DNA from: an uncultured Acidobacteriota bacterium
Lineage (GTDB): Bacteria; Acidobacteriota; Thermoanaerobaculia; Gp7-AA8
Length of the DNA: 64,000 bases
Direction of reading: 5' to 3'
NCBI GenBank assembly: GCA_963741955.1
Contig: CAVUKB010000007.1
Coordinates: 512,001-576,000 of the forward strand
The translations under genes were made by a program, and so were the position numbers. The notes beneath the pieces were generated by a model that saw only the letters and a list, made by a program, of their open reading frames with translations, was not told the DNA's origin and searched no databases. Positions within the stretch are counted from its first letter, which is position 1; the number at the start of each line of letters is the position of its first letter. Below, piece by piece: positions 61,858 through 64,000 of the stretch.

Positions 61858-62526
61858 TCAGAGCCGTGCTTCGAGCTGGTCCATCCGGGTCTGGATCTCC
61901 GCGACGCGAATTCGGAGCGCTTCGATCTCCGGCTGAACCGAGTTGCGAAGAGCCTCGTCGATTGCCGCGGTCTGCGTTTCAAGGATCGAAATTCGATGCT
62001 CGAGCTGCTCCATTCGGCCTCGGAGCTCGATCATCTCCGAACGGAGATCGCGCATCGAGCCTCCGAGTCCGTCCATGCGAGTGTCGAGTCTCTCCATTCG
62101 GGTGTCGAGTCCGTCCATTCGGGTGTCGAGTCCGTCCATTCGGGTGTCGAGTCCGTCCATTCGGGTGTCGAGTCCGTCCATTCGGGTGTCGAGTCCGTCC
62201 ATTCGGGTGTCGAGTCTCTCCATTCGGGTGTCGAGTCCGTCCATGCGAGTGTCGAGTCTCTCCATTCGGGTCTCGACTGTCTCCATCCGGGTCTCGAGTC
62301 TCTCCATCCGGCTCTCGAGCCGTTGCATGCCGGCTCTGAGTGCCTGGATCTCGTCTCCATGCTGATCGAGCCGCTTGTAGACCGCATCGAAATGCGAAAG
62401 CATGTCGTCTCGCATCGAGGTGACGTTGCTCTGGAGTGCGTCGACACGATTCTCGATCCGTGCGAGGTCAGGCGCGACGAAGTCGCGGTGGAAACGAACC
62501 AGAACCTCCAGAATTTCGTCGGGCAT
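61858..62526 (-). CDS. Coiled-coil protein with heptad tandem repeats
   Basis: (MDGLDTR/MERLDTR)n; GAGGT precedes the ATG. Confidence 0.75.
   Translation of the reverse strand: MPDEILEVLVRFHRDFVAPDLARIENRVDALQSNVTSMRDDMLSHFDAVYKRLDQHGDEIQALRAGMQRLESRMERLETRMETVETRMERLDTRMDGLDTRMERLDTRMDGLDTRMDGLDTRMDGLDTRMDGLDTRMDGLDTRMERLDTRMDGLGGSMRDLRSEMIELRGRMEQLEHRISILETQTAAIDEALRNSVQPEIEALRIRVAEIQTRMDQLEARL
62062..62334. repeat. 21-bp tandem repeat, about 12-13 units
   Basis: GTCGAGTCCGTCCATTCGGGT; five identical consecutive units at 62104-62208. Confidence 0.95.
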
Positions 62527-62584
62527 GCTCGGTCATCCTACCTCGGGTGGCTCCGCTGCGGAAACCTTGCATCAGGGTCCGCCA

Positions 62585-63940
62585 TCAGCGGCTCCGATGC
62601 CAGACGCCGGACCAGAGGATTGCCGCGGCGAGCCCTGGGCCGAAGAGAGAGATGACGATCACCAGCCACTCGCCGCCGCTTCGCACGCGGGCGGCGTTGA
62701 ACGAGAGGATCTGCATCAGGGTGAGCGTGAAATCGAGCGTGAGAGCGAAGGCGACGAGCATCGCGAGTCGCGACTTCCACCCCCGGCCGAGGATCCAGAA
62801 GGCGGCCGCGACGAGAAGGTCGAAGACGAACCAGGAGATCTGGACGCCGCGGCTCGGGAACCATCGTGGTTCGGCGAGAACCAGCGCGAGTCCCCATGGG
62901 ATGGTGAGGAGAGCGAGGAGGCGCATCACGATCGACGGGGCGCGGAAGAGTGCGGAGAAGGCAAAACGGAAGACGTGACCCCGCGCGAACGCCGCGAGCG
63001 CGTCATAGAGGACCATCAGCTGATTGCGGCCGCGTGGCCACGCGAGGTAGACCGGCTCCCACTCGTCGGGATCGAACTTCTGCTTGAATCCATACACCCC
63101 GCGGAAGTTGTAGAAGCCGCCCATCCAGTCGCGCGCCCACCGCAACCAGCCGACGTCTCCCGCGAGTGGAGCGAGGCCGAGCGTCGCGTGCTCGCTCCCT
63201 TCCTCTGCCAGCGCTTCGAACGCCGCTGCCACCAGGCTTTCCGTCGTACCATTCGGCGAGCCGGGGCGGCGGAGGAGATCTTCGAAGAGCCACCCCTTCC
63301 TCTGATAGATCGGCACGGCGACCAGAATCCCTTCCACCCGTCCCTCCCGCCGCGCCACGAAGTAGCGACGCTCCTCGGGGAACGAGAAGGGAGCGAGATC
63401 GACCAGGAAGGCCATCGGCGGCATGGGGCGGGAACGAATCCACTCGTCGAGAAGTCCGTCGAGCTCACTCCGCGCGGCGGGATCGCGCACGCGCTCGGGA
63501 GCCAGTCGTTCCACCGTCAGCCCTTTCGCTCTCGCGCGCCGGAGCTGCTCCCGGAGGCTGCGGTGACGGCGGATCTTCTCGCGCCACGAGGAAGGGCGCC
63601 AGCACGGCTGCACTCCGATCCGGAGGTGCGCGAGCCCCGATGTCTCGGTGAGCTGCGACTCGGCGGCGAAGAATGCGACGCGCCGCCCCTCCGCCGCGGC
63701 CGCGGCAACGAATCCTTCCACTGCCGTCGCGAAATTCTCCTCCGCCGTGACCGGTGCCCCCGCCGCCACCCACGCGCTCCCCGTATCGACATAGCCGACG
63801 CACGTGTCGTCGTTCTGGAACCAGTACTTGAAATCGGGTTCGAGAATCTGGAAGGAAGTGGCGTTCCGCCCATACCGGCGTAGCAGTTCCAGCGCCCGGC
63901 GCCGTTCGGGACCTTCGTCGATGCGGCGGGGTTGGGTCAT
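62585..63940 (-). CDS. DUF2156 / MprF-like aminoacyl-phosphatidylglycerol synthase domain protein with C-terminal TM helices
   Basis: AAGAPV, SPNGTTE, TLGLAPL and YNFRGVYGFKQKFDP. Confidence 0.85.
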   Translation of the reverse strand: MTQPRRIDEGPERRRALELLRRYGRNATSFQILEPDFKYWFQNDDTCVGYVDTGSAWVAAGAPVTAEENFATAVEGFVAAAAAEGRRVAFFAAESQLTETSGLAHLRIGVQPCWRPSSWREKIRRHRSLREQLRRARAKGLTVERLAPERVRDPAARSELDGLLDEWIRSRPMPPMAFLVDLAPFSFPEERRYFVARREGRVEGILVAVPIYQRKGWLFEDLLRRPGSPNGTTESLVAAAFEALAEEGSEHATLGLAPLAGDVGWLRWARDWMGGFYNFRGVYGFKQKFDPDEWEPVYLAWPRGRNQLMVLYDALAAFARGHVFRFAFSALFRAPSIVMRLLALLTIPWGLALVLAEPRWFPSRGVQISWFVFDLLVAAAFWILGRGWKSRLAMLVAFALTLDFTLTLMQILSFNAARVRSGGEWLVIVISLFGPGLAAAILWSGVWHRSR

Positions 63941-64000
63941 GAGACTCTGAATTCAGGCTGGAAAACGCCCTGGGCGTTCGCGCGGTAGAAACAGCCGTGC

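Noticed and set aside
62062-62334. Possible CRISPR or iteron array
   Set aside because: Contiguous 21-bp units without spacers, in frame within a coiled-coil ORF.
63980-63992. Fifth MITE copy (GCGCGGTAGAAAC)
   Set aside because: Only a 13-bp match lacking the terminal GAGTCT and CTAG, at the window edge; it cannot be evaluated.

Overview
A GC-rich bacterial chromosomal segment. Gene content points to Acidobacteriota, probably class Thermoanaerobaculia; this is an inference from the Oar-type TonB receptors, the sulfatase-TPR protein and the lineage-typical secreted proteins. Core genes are cutA, uvrA, cysK, an OmpR-type two-component system with a PDZ partner, nadC, tmRNA, metH, a TreT-like glycosyltransferase, a CoA-transferase, a cold-shock protein, a Na+/H+ antiporter, rlmN, tRNA-Cys, a DUF885 protein and an M20 amidohydrolase. 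Mobile DNA is abundant: an IS1380 interrupted by an ISL3, a second ISL3 copy that breaks a TonB-dependent receptor gene, an IS481-like element, four copies of a 159-bp CTAG-targeting MITE, a 51-bp IS1380-derived mini-element, a ~130-bp repeat family and REP-like hairpins. Downstream of tmRNA lie an island remnant (MntA-HepT, XRE regulator) and a sortase with a dedicated substrate. The best leads are a SAM-II-like riboswitch with a terminator before metH, tandem uncharacterised C-terminal modules on a large LVIVD protein, the diderm sortase pair, and the nested CTAG-centred mobile elements. No CRISPR array or prophage was seen, and I cannot identify a complete novel system with confidence. Many start codons were reassigned from the ORF track using ribosome-binding-site and signal-peptide evidence.
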